A DNA stretch of 64,000 nt from Candidatus Bathyarchaeia archaeon. GTDB lineage: Archaea > Thermoproteota > Bathyarchaeia > Bathyarchaeales > Bathycorpusculaceae. The notes beneath the pieces are model-generated. The model did not search any database. It saw only the letters and a list, made by a program, of their open reading frames with translations, and had not been told where the DNA came from. The position numbers and the translations under genes were made by a program. This document shows, piece after piece, positions 19,684 through 29,718 of this stretch; within the stretch, counting starts at the first letter, position 1, and every line of letters starts with the position of its first letter. The stretch is taken from NCBI GenBank assembly GCA_049515895.1, contig JBEKTQ010000004.1:64001-128000 (forward strand), in the 5' to 3' direction.

Positions 19684-21540
19684 TTAATCCTCTTTTCCTT
19701 CAACTATGCCTGATAAATCTTCCAGTCCAAGCTTGGTGAGCACATCTTTTGTGGGTACTCCTTCAAGCGTCCAGTTGCGTGACAGGTAATAGTCATCGAG
19801 AAGCAAGTCAAGCTCCTCCTGAGTTACCACGGAGCCTTTTCCTGGGCCATCATCAGTTATTGGTTGGTTCATGACTTTCCACGGCAACGTGTCGTCTTTG
19901 CGACTTAATCCTTCCCGGATGTTAATTAGCCGCGCAAGATTGTTTATCCGTTCGCCTGCAAGGCTTAGCTCCTGCGGAGTCATCTCGTACCCCGTTACCA
20001 GAGTGTAAAGCTTAGCCATGTCAGGCAACTCCTTGTACAGGGTGCCTCTAGCGTTCTTGCAGATAATGAGTGAATCAATTAAAGCGTAAATATCTTCGGA
20101 ATCTTTGACCAGTTTGCCTCGGCCTTTTTCAGCTTTAAAACGGTCAACTTTACCCGATATATCAAACGCATACGCGCCGCTGCGGTTGTGGTCAGCTCCA
20201 CGGAAGGAAACTGCAAACCCTAAAGCAGCGGTTTTCAAGCATCTTAAATCGTAGCCTGTGACTTCCAACCCCTTGATGTTCTGAGCAAGCTTATCAGAGC
20301 CTTTGCCGATTTTCGCTGCTGCTGCTTTCGCCCCATCAGCCAAGACCTCGCCGATTCCCTCTCGTTTGCCTATTTTCTCAATTAGCTGCAAGAGGGCTTC
20401 TGCGTTTCCAAAATGAGCGTCAATTCCATCAAGCTCCTCATGTGATAAGATGCCTTTTTCATGACAATCCATTACGAAACTGACCGTCACACCCGTGCTT
20501 GTCGCATCTAAACCATAATAATTGCAGAGGTCACTGGCTTTGATTATTGCGTCAAGCTTATCGACACCGCAGTTCGGGCCGAGTGCCCAGATGTTATCGT
20601 ATTCCATGCGTGCCATGGTTCCTTTGTATGGCCCATCATGGATAACGGCTTCATGCTCGCACCGCATTGCGCATGAGTTGCAAGCGATTATTTTCGCGAC
20701 GTATCTTTCGTTTAGAGTTTCACCGCTTACTTTTTCAGCGTTATCAAAATATGAGTTATTGTAGTTGCGTGTGGGCAAGCAGTGTAGTGCGTTTAGAATC
20801 ATAACGTTTTCTGCTGACCCCAATGTTCGGTATTTTTGCGCTGCTGGTCCTTTCATTCTTTCATGAAACTCCTTGACCATCTCAATAAATTCTTCAGGCT
20901 TAGCGACAACAATGTCTTTGGTTCCCCGCACAGCGATGGCTTTTAGGTTCTTTGACCCCATGACTGCGCCAAGGCCTGTTCTTCCAGCTGCGCGGGTTTT
21001 CTCGTTTGTTATGTTGGCGATTTTGGACTGTTTTTCGCCTGCCAAACCAATGGAGGCAACGCGCACGTAGTAGTCCCCAAGTTCCTCTTTAACTGCGTCT
21101 TCGGTTTCGGAGGGCGATTTACCCCAAATTTTTTCTGCATCAAGTAACTGGACTGAATCATCATCTATCCAAAGGTAAACGGGTCTTTCGGCTTTCCCAG
21201 TTAGAATTATAGCGTCGTAGCCAGCTCTTTTTATTTCTGCTCCGAAGGTGCCGTGGCTTACTGCCTCACCGACACCGCCCGTTTCAGGTGATTTTGAAAT
21301 GAACGCGTGTCCATTCCCGCCCGTCGGGAACATAGTTCCTGAAACTGGACCCACTGCTAGAACCAGCGGGTTTTCAGGATTGAATGGGTCAACGCCTGCT
21401 TTTGAGTTGGCTAGCCAAAGTTTCATGCCTAAGCCTATGCCGCCAATGTATTTTTTGGCTGTTTCCTCGTCTAGTTTCTCCATAGTTATTTTGCCTATGG
21501 ATAAGTTAACGCGTAGAACCCTTCCTGCGTAACCGAGCAA
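19684..21540 (-). CDS. aor: Tungsten-dependent aldehyde:ferredoxin oxidoreductase
   Basis: GYAGRVLRVNLS, KSPETG, AAGRTGLGAVMGSKNLKAI, CNSCAMRC, EYDN, CNYYGLD, DSLIIC. Confidence 0.93.
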   Translation of the reverse strand: MLGYAGRVLRVNLSIGKITMEKLDEETAKKYIGGIGLGMKLWLANSKAGVDPFNPENPLVLAVGPVSGTMFPTGGNGHAFISKSPETGGVGEAVSHGTFGAEIKRAGYDAIILTGKAERPVYLWIDDDSVQLLDAEKIWGKSPSETEDAVKEELGDYYVRVASIGLAGEKQSKIANITNEKTRAAGRTGLGAVMGSKNLKAIAVRGTKDIVVAKPEEFIEMVKEFHERMKGPAAQKYRTLGSAENVMILNALHCLPTRNYNNSYFDNAEKVSGETLNERYVAKIIACNSCAMRCEHEAVIHDGPYKGTMARMEYDNIWALGPNCGVDKLDAIIKASDLCNYYGLDATSTGVTVSFVMDCHEKGILSHEELDGIDAHFGNAEALLQLIEKIGKREGIGEVLADGAKAAAAKIGKGSDKLAQNIKGLEVTGYDLRCLKTAALGFAVSFRGADHNRSGAYAFDISGKVDRFKAEKGRGKLVKDSEDIYALIDSLIICKNARGTLYKELPDMAKLYTLVTGYEMTPQELSLAGERINNLARLINIREGLSRKDDTLPWKVMNQPITDDGPGKGSVVTQEELDLLLDDYYLSRNWTLEGVPTKDVLTKLGLEDLSGIVEGKED

Positions 21541-21746
21541 CCTATGTTCCTCCGTTAAATTTAGAATTATTAGTCAGTTGAACAGTATATTAAGTTAATG
21601 GGTTTTATTTTTGAAATTCATGGCTGAGAGGGGTTTCAATTTTAGCGTTATGAACACTCTGTCATAACGCTTTTCTGTGTTATCCGCAAGTCAAAAGGCG
21701 TTTTGGTACGGATAAAAGATATGAGTCGCCTCATTCAATCCAATAC

Positions 21747-22058
21747 ATGGTTGTAGCAGAGGGTCAAAAAATGAAAGTTAAAGTTCACTACTTAAGCCTG
21801 GTCAAGAGCTTCACTAAGACAGGCCAAGATGAATTCGATCTAAACCAAGATGTGGCGCTGTCGGATTTGCTATGCGACGTCGCTGAAAAATATGGGAAAC
21901 CCTTCACGCAAGAGGTTTACGACCCAACTAAAAAAGAGATGAAGTCAACATTCGTGACCATGGTTAACGGTGTCTTAATGGATCAACTGCAAGGTATCAA
22001 CACGCCACTTAAAGACGGTGACAACATAATTATAATGTCTCTTATGACAGGCGGCTAA
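21747..22058 (+). CDS. MoaD/ThiS ubiquitin-like sulfur carrier (SAMP-like)
   Basis: VNG...LKDGD, C-terminal GG; divergent from aor. Confidence 0.88.
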   Translation: MVVAEGQKMKVKVHYLSLVKSFTKTGQDEFDLNQDVALSDLLCDVAEKYGKPFTQEVYDPTKKEMKSTFVTMVNGVLMDQLQGINTPLKDGDNIIIMSLMTGG

Positions 22059-22087
22059 AAGCTAAATCTACTTCTCTCCGGACAAAC

Positions 22088-22726
22088 GTGAACGGCATGG
22101 TTAAAGTCGAAAAATCCAAATCTGTCTATTGGCTGGATAACAAACTTTACTTGAACATTACCAACCGCTGCTCTAACCGCTGCTTTTTCTGTCTCAAAAA
22201 TTTCAAGCAAGGTGTAGGCGGCTTCAGCCTAAAACTCGTTGCGGAACCGAGTTTCGAACAGATTATAGACGAACTTAAAGGGGTGCTGGGCACGCGAAAT
22301 TGGGCTGAAGCGGTTTTCTGCGGCTTCGGGGAGCCGACAGAGCGGCTTGATGTTTTGTTGATGGTTGCGCGTTGGATTAGGCAGCATTATGGCAAGCCGC
22401 TTAAGATACGACTAAACACGAATGGACATGGCTCAGTGATTAACAGAGGCAGGGATGTGTCTGCTGAGTTGAGGGCAGCAGGGGTTGACAAGGTGAGCGT
22501 TAGCTTGAACGCTGGGGATAAGGAAACGTATGAGCAGGTTTGTAAGCCAACCTTCGAGGGAGCTTACGAGGCAATTATAGAGTTTATACGGAAAGCTAAG
22601 CCCTTTTTACAGATAGAGGCTACTGCGGTCAGACTGCCTGAGGTTGACTTAGCTAAGGCAAAGGCGGTTGCGGACGAGTTGGGCGTCGGCTTTAGAGTTC
22701 GAGAGTATATTCCTTGCTTTTACTAG
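22088..22726 (+). CDS. TatD-associated radical SAM protein
   Basis: LYLNITNRCSNRCFFC (CxxxCxxC), VFCGFGEPT, RLNTNG, SVSLNA. Confidence 0.85.
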   Translation: MNGMVKVEKSKSVYWLDNKLYLNITNRCSNRCFFCLKNFKQGVGGFSLKLVAEPSFEQIIDELKGVLGTRNWAEAVFCGFGEPTERLDVLLMVARWIRQHYGKPLKIRLNTNGHGSVINRGRDVSAELRAAGVDKVSVSLNAGDKETYEQVCKPTFEGAYEAIIEFIRKAKPFLQIEATAVRLPEVDLAKAKAVADELGVGFRVREYIPCFY

Positions 22727-22786
22727 TTTTCGAAAGGGTTTTGGGAGTTAGATAGCCGGATTAAGACCTACATTTTTCAGAGCACT

Positions 22787-23272
22787 TTAAAAAGCTTTTA
22801 ATGGTCCTTCAGAAGTCTTGAATTCAATCAAAATGATCCAAAAACCGCTTTGCCATGCTGTGAGCTTTCGCCAAAGAATCAAAGTTTCATACCAAAACAC
22901 AGCAACCATAGCAACGCAAACAACTATCAGCCAAAACGTAAAATCCGAACCGTAAAGTGCTTCTAAAGAAAAAAAGGCAACTACAATAGTGAAGAGCAAC
23001 GAGAAGAAGAACAGTTGGGGCACCACCGCTGGACCGACTTTGGAGTAACCCTCAAGAACTTTGGCTGATGCATCCTTGATAGCGAAGTACTTTCCCTGTT
23101 CGTCTTGCTTAACGTAGTTGGCTTCTACAAGTTTCCCCAAATGATAGGAGGCTAATGAGGCTGAAGACAACTCGAGACCTCGTTGAACCTCCCTAAGCTC
23201 AGATGGACCGTGTTTAAGAAGGTGCAAGTATGCCTTTAGCGTATTGCCTCTAATTTCTTGATTATTTGGCAT
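22787..23272 (-). CDS. Winged-HTH transcriptional regulator with two C-terminal TM helices
   Basis: LREVQRGLELSSASLASYHLGKL..GKY followed by hydrophobic segments. Confidence 0.75.
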   Translation of the reverse strand: MPNNQEIRGNTLKAYLHLLKHGPSELREVQRGLELSSASLASYHLGKLVEANYVKQDEQGKYFAIKDASAKVLEGYSKVGPAVVPQLFFFSLLFTIVVAFFSLEALYGSDFTFWLIVVCVAMVAVFWYETLILWRKLTAWQSGFWIILIEFKTSEGPLKAF

Positions 23273-23505
23273 TTGAAGGAAATATCTTAGAAGGCAGCAA
23301 TTTAATGATTGCGTCTGGATTCCTTTAAAGAAGGCTACGATACTGCGAATGGATTAAGCGGACAAGATCTTCCATATCTGAACCTAAATTGCAGAAATCT
23401 GGATCTTGGCATTTGGAACCTTTTGGAAAGAAAACGGGGTTAAGCAAAATATATATGGGTTGGTCATCAACGAGATAACTCAGAGTGCTGAATGAGGAGT
23501 AAACG

Positions 23506-24492
23506 ATGGTTTCTCTTAGAGCTTTAGCCCCATCCTTAACAAGAATAACAGTTGCGGGAGCAATAGGCGCCGCTTTGCATGTTGGTCAAGGCGACTGCGA
23601 CTTAATTGATGCAAAAGCCGTTGAATTTTCAAGAGCCGTCCTTGCTCAAACAGACGTTGAAGGCGAAGTAATCTGCTGCGAAGGACCCAAAGATCATGCA
23701 CCGTCGTTCGAACGTCGTGAAAAAGTCGGAACAGGAGGAGGGCCCAAGGTTGAATTTATCGTTGACCCAGTTGACGGAACCACTGCGGCCAGCAAAGGTA
23801 GAAAAGATGCGATTTCCGCATTGGCATGCGCACCGGCAGGCTGTTTCCAAGTTTTGCCCGATGACGGATACTACTTCAAAATCGCCGCGGACCATCATGC
23901 AATGGGAAAAATATCCATGGAAATGTCTGTCCAAGAACTAGTGCGCACGGTGGCCCATGAAAAAGGTTTATCCTTAGCAAACTTTACTGTCATAATGCTT
24001 GAACGTGACCGACATAACGAAATCCTTGCCCAACTGAGAAAACTCGGCGTACGAATTCTGCTTATTCCGGACGGAGACATCGCTGGCGCCGTGGTCTGTT
24101 GCTTACCGAACACCGGAGTAGATATGTTAATCGGCGCAGGCGCCGGACCTGAAGCCACCATTGCCGCGACAGCAGTGAAGATTCTTGGCGGAACCATGCT
24201 AGCCAAAGTCTGGGAGGACAAAAAAGATGATTCAGAACGCCTAGAACGCTTGCGGAAAAGCGGCGTTGACGTACACAAAACATACAATCAGGATGAACTT
24301 GCAAAAGGGAAAGAACTGGTTTTTGCAGCGTCAGGAGTCACAAAAGGCGAACTCTTAGACGGAGTGAGAATGGTTCCTAATGGCGCGATTGTTAATTCGA
24401 TTTGCATGCGGTTGCCTAGTGGAACAATAGAAAGATCTGAAACTACGTTGCGGTTTAAAGGTCACCCGGTTTACCAACAATTCCTCCCGTAA
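23506..24492 (+). CDS. glpX: Class II fructose-1,6-bisphosphatase (GlpX family)
   Basis: EGPKDHAP, VDPVDGT, LERDRH, IPDGDIAG, GAGPEA, FAASGVTKGELLDGV. Confidence 0.88.
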   Translation: MVSLRALAPSLTRITVAGAIGAALHVGQGDCDLIDAKAVEFSRAVLAQTDVEGEVICCEGPKDHAPSFERREKVGTGGGPKVEFIVDPVDGTTAASKGRKDAISALACAPAGCFQVLPDDGYYFKIAADHHAMGKISMEMSVQELVRTVAHEKGLSLANFTVIMLERDRHNEILAQLRKLGVRILLIPDGDIAGAVVCCLPNTGVDMLIGAGAGPEATIAATAVKILGGTMLAKVWEDKKDDSERLERLRKSGVDVHKTYNQDELAKGKELVFAASGVTKGELLDGVRMVPNGAIVNSICMRLPSGTIERSETTLRFKGHPVYQQFLP

Positions 24493-24574
24493 ACGCAGCT
24501 ATTTATTAAAAAGTACCATTTTTTTCACAAGCACCTTAATATTTACTTACCAATTTTTCTTTAACAGGTAAACA

Positions 24575-26533
24575 ATGACTTTTGAGGACAACACCTGTAT
24601 AGAAAAGCAGGAGCAAAAAGAAGAACAACACCAAAACGAACGTGTGTTTGTTACTTTTGCCGTTTTATTGGGCTTAACCATTACAATAGGCGGCTTACTT
24701 GACTACTTCTTCTCAGGTGTGCCCCTCAACTTCACAATCCCGCTCGTGAATGTAAAAGCAAGCCTAAGCATAATTCTATACTATGTTGTGGTCCTTTTCG
24801 CCTCAATATACATCGGTCTCGTCGGATTGAGAGAGCTCTTCGCAGAAAAAAGATTCTCAGTGGAATTCTTGATGGCGGTGGCAGCGCTAGGCGCCCTTTA
24901 CCTGCACGCTTTTTTTGAGGCAGCGACAGTATTGTTTCTTTACTCCATTGCCGAGTACCTTGAAGGTTACATTGAAGATAGGGCTCGGCGAACAGTTGAG
25001 AAGCTTTCAAAGTTCATGCCCGACCGCGCCAGAATCATTTTGGACGGAACGGAGAAAACTGTCAACGTCAACGAAGTCGAACCTAATCTGATTCTGGTTG
25101 TGAGACCCGGCGAGCGTATTCCCCTAGACGGCAACGTTACCGAAGGTTTTTCGCATGTTGACCAAGCACTTGTGACGGGTGAATCAGTACCAGTTACCAA
25201 GAAGGTTGATGACTGCGTGTATGCTGGCACGTTAAACATGAGCGGTGTATTAAAAATCGCGGTCACCAAAAAGGCAAGCGAGACACTTGTTTCAAAAATC
25301 ATGGTGCTTGTGTCTGAATCTGGCAAGCGGAAAGCGTCTGTAGAAAAACTTGTTGACCAATTTGCAAAAATTTACGTCCCAATCGTTATCAGCTTAGCTG
25401 TTGTAACGGCTGTGTTGCCAACATTAGTCTTTGGTGGGTCTTTTCACACTTGGCTCTACCGCTCTCTTATCCTCATAGTGGTATCTTGCCCCAGTGCCTT
25501 CATTATCTCAGTTCCAGCAACAGTGTTTGTAGCCATAACAATCGCTGCTAGAAGAGGCGTATTAATAAAGGGGGGAATTTACGTGGAAAAACTCGCCAAA
25601 GTCAAACGTGTAGTTTTCGACAAAACAGGCACGTTAACGCTGGGTAGACCTGCTGTCCACCAGGTAAGATTGACGCATAGAACCGAGCAGGAGGCATTGG
25701 CGCTTGCAGCCGCGCTTGACCAGTTCTCAAATCACCCTGTAGCACAAGCCATTGTCAGACGGGCAAGAGAAAACAGCATAGACCTAAGCAAGTTCAAAGT
25801 TACCGACCTCACCGAAGTTCCAGGCAAAGGCATAATCGGAAACGTTAACGGCAACTTCGTGGCAGTCGGAAACATGGAACTTATGAAAGAGTTTGATTGT
25901 AACTGCGAAGAAGCGATGGCGATTGATGAGGCGGACACGCACACCTCAGTCTGTGTTTCCGTCGGAAAGGAAGGGTTTGCAACAGTTTGCGTTGTAGACC
26001 AGGTGCGGGAAGACGCGTTAAAAGCAATAAGCGACTTGAAGAAAAACGGGATAAAAACGGCAATGCTCACTGGCGACAGGGCAGAAATTGCCAAAGAAAC
26101 GGCAGAAACTCTAAAAATCGATGAAGTCTACGCTGAGCTATTTCCTGAAGACAAACTCAAATGTATCGAGGAGATGAAAGGGAAAGATGGACTCGTGGCA
26201 ATGGTTGGAGACGGCGTCAACGATGCCCCCGCACTTGCCGTTTCAGACGTCGGCATAGCCATGGGCGCCGCAGGCGTTGACGTTGCCCTGGAATCCGCGG
26301 ATGTGGTGCTTGTGAAGGACGAGCTTGCCCAAATTCCTTACCTGATTAGGCTAAGCGATAAAACAATGGGGATAGCCAAACAAAACATCGCGGCATCACT
26401 CGTCATAAAACTCATTTTAGGAGCACTAGGGGTACTCGGGGTAACGGGGTTGCTCGCAACAGTTATCGCTGGAGATGACGGGGTCACTATGCTTCTTTTG
26501 CTTAATTCACTGCGGCTTGAACGCGTAAAATAG
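24575..26533 (+). CDS. Heavy-metal-translocating P1B-type ATPase (Zn/Cd-like)
   Basis: TGES, SCPSA, DKTGTLT, SNHP, MLTGD, GDGVNDAP. Confidence 0.92.
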   Translation: MTFEDNTCIEKQEQKEEQHQNERVFVTFAVLLGLTITIGGLLDYFFSGVPLNFTIPLVNVKASLSIILYYVVVLFASIYIGLVGLRELFAEKRFSVEFLMAVAALGALYLHAFFEAATVLFLYSIAEYLEGYIEDRARRTVEKLSKFMPDRARIILDGTEKTVNVNEVEPNLILVVRPGERIPLDGNVTEGFSHVDQALVTGESVPVTKKVDDCVYAGTLNMSGVLKIAVTKKASETLVSKIMVLVSESGKRKASVEKLVDQFAKIYVPIVISLAVVTAVLPTLVFGGSFHTWLYRSLILIVVSCPSAFIISVPATVFVAITIAARRGVLIKGGIYVEKLAKVKRVVFDKTGTLTLGRPAVHQVRLTHRTEQEALALAAALDQFSNHPVAQAIVRRARENSIDLSKFKVTDLTEVPGKGIIGNVNGNFVAVGNMELMKEFDCNCEEAMAIDEADTHTSVCVSVGKEGFATVCVVDQVREDALKAISDLKKNGIKTAMLTGDRAEIAKETAETLKIDEVYAELFPEDKLKCIEEMKGKDGLVAMVGDGVNDAPALAVSDVGIAMGAAGVDVALESADVVLVKDELAQIPYLIRLSDKTMGIAKQNIAASLVIKLILGALGVLGVTGLLATVIAGDDGVTMLLLLNSLRLERVK

Positions 26534-26636
26534 GTCATTGAGGAATATTGCTCAAGACAGTTTTGAAAATGTTTGCCCTAAAAAATAGGTTGCAATTTGA
26601 AAAATTAATAAGCGATCAAACAGTGACCTTACAGTC

Positions 26637-27137
26637 ATGCCTAAGCCCTATCCAAAAACCCAGCCTAAAAAGACCAAACCGAATACCAAAACCAACGGTC
26701 AACCCAAACCCGTAAGCATCACCTCAAGCAAAACCTACTGGATAACGCTAACGTTGCTAATGCTTGTTTTCGGGTCTTTTTACGGATACTTAATGAAAGT
26801 TGCCTTAGCCGCCATAGGTATTATGCTGGCAAGTGTCCTGTTTCTGATAGGTTTCGCATATTACCTCAAATTCAAACAGTCCCCCTTAACAAACTCCAGT
26901 AGGGCAACATTTCTTTTTGGCGGAGCCTGCGTTATCGGCTTTGCAATCTGGGTAGTAATCGTGCTTCTTTCAAGTCTAGTTGGCCTTTGGGCACCAATAG
27001 CACTATCGATAGGCGACAACTTTTTTGCCATAACAAGCCTAATAATCTGCTTAACTTCAGGAGCGTTCATAGGAGACTTAATCGGCAACAACAAAGAGAA
27101 AATAAGCGTTTTTCTCAAGAGCAAGTTTAGCAAATAA
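26637..27137 (+). CDS. Hypothetical membrane protein (4 TM)
   Basis: Basic N-terminus and four hydrophobic segments. Confidence 0.65.
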   Translation: MPKPYPKTQPKKTKPNTKTNGQPKPVSITSSKTYWITLTLLMLVFGSFYGYLMKVALAAIGIMLASVLFLIGFAYYLKFKQSPLTNSSRATFLFGGACVIGFAIWVVIVLLSSLVGLWAPIALSIGDNFFAITSLIICLTSGAFIGDLIGNNKEKISVFLKSKFSK

Positions 27138-27226
27138 CTTTGTCCTTCCATTTACGCTCGCAGAACCTTTAAGAGCCCAAGCAATTAAGCATCTTCAGGA
27201 AAGCTAAACAAGGAATAGACCATACG

Positions 27227-28105
27227 TTGAAATTTGGAATAATGACTCGGAATCCCGAAGCATGGAGCAGCACACAAGTTCGGGAAGCATTAACCAAACG
27301 AGGCATCCCATACGAATGCTTTACTTTTCCACGGATCGTCGCGAGGCTAGCATACAAACCCTACTTCAAAGTCAACAGCACCAGCCTCTTGGACGATTTA
27401 GACGCCCTTATCATTCGTCCCATTGGACGCGGCTCGTTGGAGGAGCTGGTTTTCCGAATGGACATGCTCTACAAGCTTGAGCGTCAAGGCTTCTACATGG
27501 TGAATCCTCCGGCGGCAATAGAGCATTGTGTTGATAAATACGACATCCTTGCTCTCCTTGAGGATATTGGCGTTCCCGTCCCACGCACCCTGGCAACTGA
27601 AAGCGTCAACGAAGCACTCAAAGCATTCAACGAGTTGGGTGGTGATATCGTTGTTAAACCTATTTTTGGCTCACGCGGGCAAGGCGCAACTCGGGTTAAC
27701 GACGTAGACATCGCCGATACCATTTTCAAAGCCATTACGTTCCACCATGGCGTCATTTACATGCAGGAATTCGTTCCTCATGGGCACTCGGATATTCGAG
27801 CCTTCGTAATCGGCGATCGGGTAGTCTCATCTATGCGGCGGGTTGCCGAAGGCTGGAAAACCAATTACAGCAGAGGGGCCAAACCTGCCGCAGCTGAAAT
27901 CAGCAAAGAATTTGAAGACTTAGCCATAAAATCAGCTAAGGCGGTGGGCTGTAAAATCGCGGGAGTGGATATCCTTGAAGGACCAGAAGGGCCGCGGATT
28001 GTAGATGTCAACAGCCAGCCAGGGTGGAAAGGACTGCAAGCGGTTGCCAAAGTTAATATCGCTGAAGAAATAGTTAGTTTTGTTTTGTCTGAACTGAAAA
28101 AATAA
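27227..28105 (+). CDS. RimK-family ATP-grasp alpha-L-glutamate ligase (MptN/CofF-like)
   Basis: VVKPIFGSRGQG, QEFV, DIRAFV, WKTNYSRG, AGVDIL, VNSQPGW. Confidence 0.85.
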   Translation: MKFGIMTRNPEAWSSTQVREALTKRGIPYECFTFPRIVARLAYKPYFKVNSTSLLDDLDALIIRPIGRGSLEELVFRMDMLYKLERQGFYMVNPPAAIEHCVDKYDILALLEDIGVPVPRTLATESVNEALKAFNELGGDIVVKPIFGSRGQGATRVNDVDIADTIFKAITFHHGVIYMQEFVPHGHSDIRAFVIGDRVVSSMRRVAEGWKTNYSRGAKPAAAEISKEFEDLAIKSAKAVGCKIAGVDILEGPEGPRIVDVNSQPGWKGLQAVAKVNIAEEIVSFVLSELKK

Positions 28106-28107
28106 GA

Positions 28108-29103
28108 TTATTTCTCGGAAACTATCAAGTTGTAAGGGTCAATGGGAACTTCGGGGAAAGGCATTTCCTCTTTGTGCTTAACCATAACTCGCTCTTTTTC
28201 AGTGAATTCTCCTATAAAATAAGCCGTAAGCCCATTTTGCCTCAATGTTTCCATTACTTTTTTCGTCGCTTGAAAGTCCACCGCTACTAAAACAGTCCCT
28301 GTTGAAGACATAGATAGAACCTGCTCATCGCTAAGTCTGAAGTGGTTCTGTAAGGAAAGTACTTCGCGTGAAAACGCGAGTTTTTCCCAGTCCACTCTAA
28401 AACCAACTCCTGACGCTTCAGCAAGCTCGTTTAAAGCGGCTACAACCCCGCCTTCAGTGGCATCATGCATCGCATGGACCCCGCCGGTTTTAGCCAGCTG
28501 CAGCGCTTCGGAAACGCAGCTTTGCATGCGAACCATCCCTGAAAATTTTTCCTGCACTTCTGCTCCGAACAGGTCCCTCGCCAGCTCCTTTTGGATCAGA
28601 GCAAAGTTGATTACCGTTTCTAAACCGAGCGGCTTGGTGCACAAAATGAGGTCGCCTGGCTTAGCATTTGCCGGCGTAATCAGTTTCTCCAAGTTCACTG
28701 TCCCATAAACTGTAGCGACGCCGACCAAGCCTTGAAGGCTATCATACATACCGGTGTGTCCTCGAACAATCGCGATGTCAAGTTCAACTGCTGCTTGGCA
28801 GGTTTGCTTCATAATTTTTTGAAAAACTTCTGGTTTTGTTGAGCGTGGCCCAAGCAGGTTGATTGTACAAAATTGGGGTTTGGCACCTGACAGGGCAACG
28901 TCTGAGGCGGCGTAGTTGATCAGCAAGTAACCAAACCATTCTTCAGGAACGCCTGTGCACGGGTCAGACGCAACAACCATATATTTGCCGTCTACTTCGT
29001 GAACGCCTGAATCGTAGCCAATCATGGGTGGAATGACTACTCTGGAATCCTCCTTGATGCAGCTTAGAATTTTTTGTAGTTCTTGGTCTGGCAGTTTACC
29101 CAT
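28108..29103 (-). CDS. AIR synthase/ThiL/HypE-superfamily protein
   Basis: MGKL, ASDP, SDVALSGA, RGHT, AMHDATEGG; 10 nt downstream of thiT. Confidence 0.82.
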   Translation of the reverse strand: MGKLPDQELQKILSCIKEDSRVVIPPMIGYDSGVHEVDGKYMVVASDPCTGVPEEWFGYLLINYAASDVALSGAKPQFCTINLLGPRSTKPEVFQKIMKQTCQAAVELDIAIVRGHTGMYDSLQGLVGVATVYGTVNLEKLITPANAKPGDLILCTKPLGLETVINFALIQKELARDLFGAEVQEKFSGMVRMQSCVSEALQLAKTGGVHAMHDATEGGVVAALNELAEASGVGFRVDWEKLAFSREVLSLQNHFRLSDEQVLSMSSTGTVLVAVDFQATKKVMETLRQNGLTAYFIGEFTEKERVMVKHKEEMPFPEVPIDPYNLIVSEK

Positions 29104-29113
29104 GTTTTATCCA

Positions 29114-29713
29114 TCATAAGCGGTAGTCAAGGGTTCCTCTTTTTATCAGAATTGTCATCACTACGGCGCTAATAATGTATTCTACTATGAGGAAGCTGCC
29201 ATTATAGATGGCTGGAAAAATCCATCTTCCGTATGCGGGAAACGCATAAACGTAATACCAAACGAATACGCCTGCGAAATAGTGAACGAGGAATCTTAGG
29301 AAAACAGCGATGCCAGCGCCGACAAGGGCAAGACGAACGGTTTTGTTGTGAAATAAGCTGGTTAACATGCCTGTTAGCCCAATTAACCCAAAAGCTACAG
29401 GGTACTCGAACACTGCTTGGACGGGAGTGGCAACTACCGCTGAAGCTCCAAGAGAAAGCACATCGATTAACAAAGCAATTGCGCCAAATATTGCTCCTGT
29501 TATCAATCCCACACGGATACCTCGCCTAATAGACAGCCACATTGTTGGAACCATGCTACCCAGAGTCACGGCGCCACCATAAGGCAATGAAAATGGTCTA
29601 AGAGCATACAACACGGCTGATAGAGCCGAAAAAACAGCAATTTCCGCAAGAATTTTTGTTTGGAATATAGTATTAGATTTTTCAGTTATGTTATCTGATT
29701 TAGGTTGGTTCAA
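29114..29713 (-). CDS. thiT: ECF-type thiamine transporter S component
   Basis: LPYGGAVTL.SMVP, PVQAVFEYPVAF, RFLVHYFAGVFVW, YNGS. Likely TTG start at 29713; the ATG at 29734 lies inside the riboswitch. Confidence 0.9.
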   Translation of the reverse strand: MNQPKSDNITEKSNTIFQTKILAEIAVFSALSAVLYALRPFSLPYGGAVTLGSMVPTMWLSIRRGIRVGLITGAIFGAIALLIDVLSLGASAVVATPVQAVFEYPVAFGLIGLTGMLTSLFHNKTVRLALVGAGIAVFLRFLVHYFAGVFVWYYVYAFPAYGRWIFPAIYNGSFLIVEYIISAVVMTILIKRGTLDYRL

Positions 29714-29718
29714 TTTTT

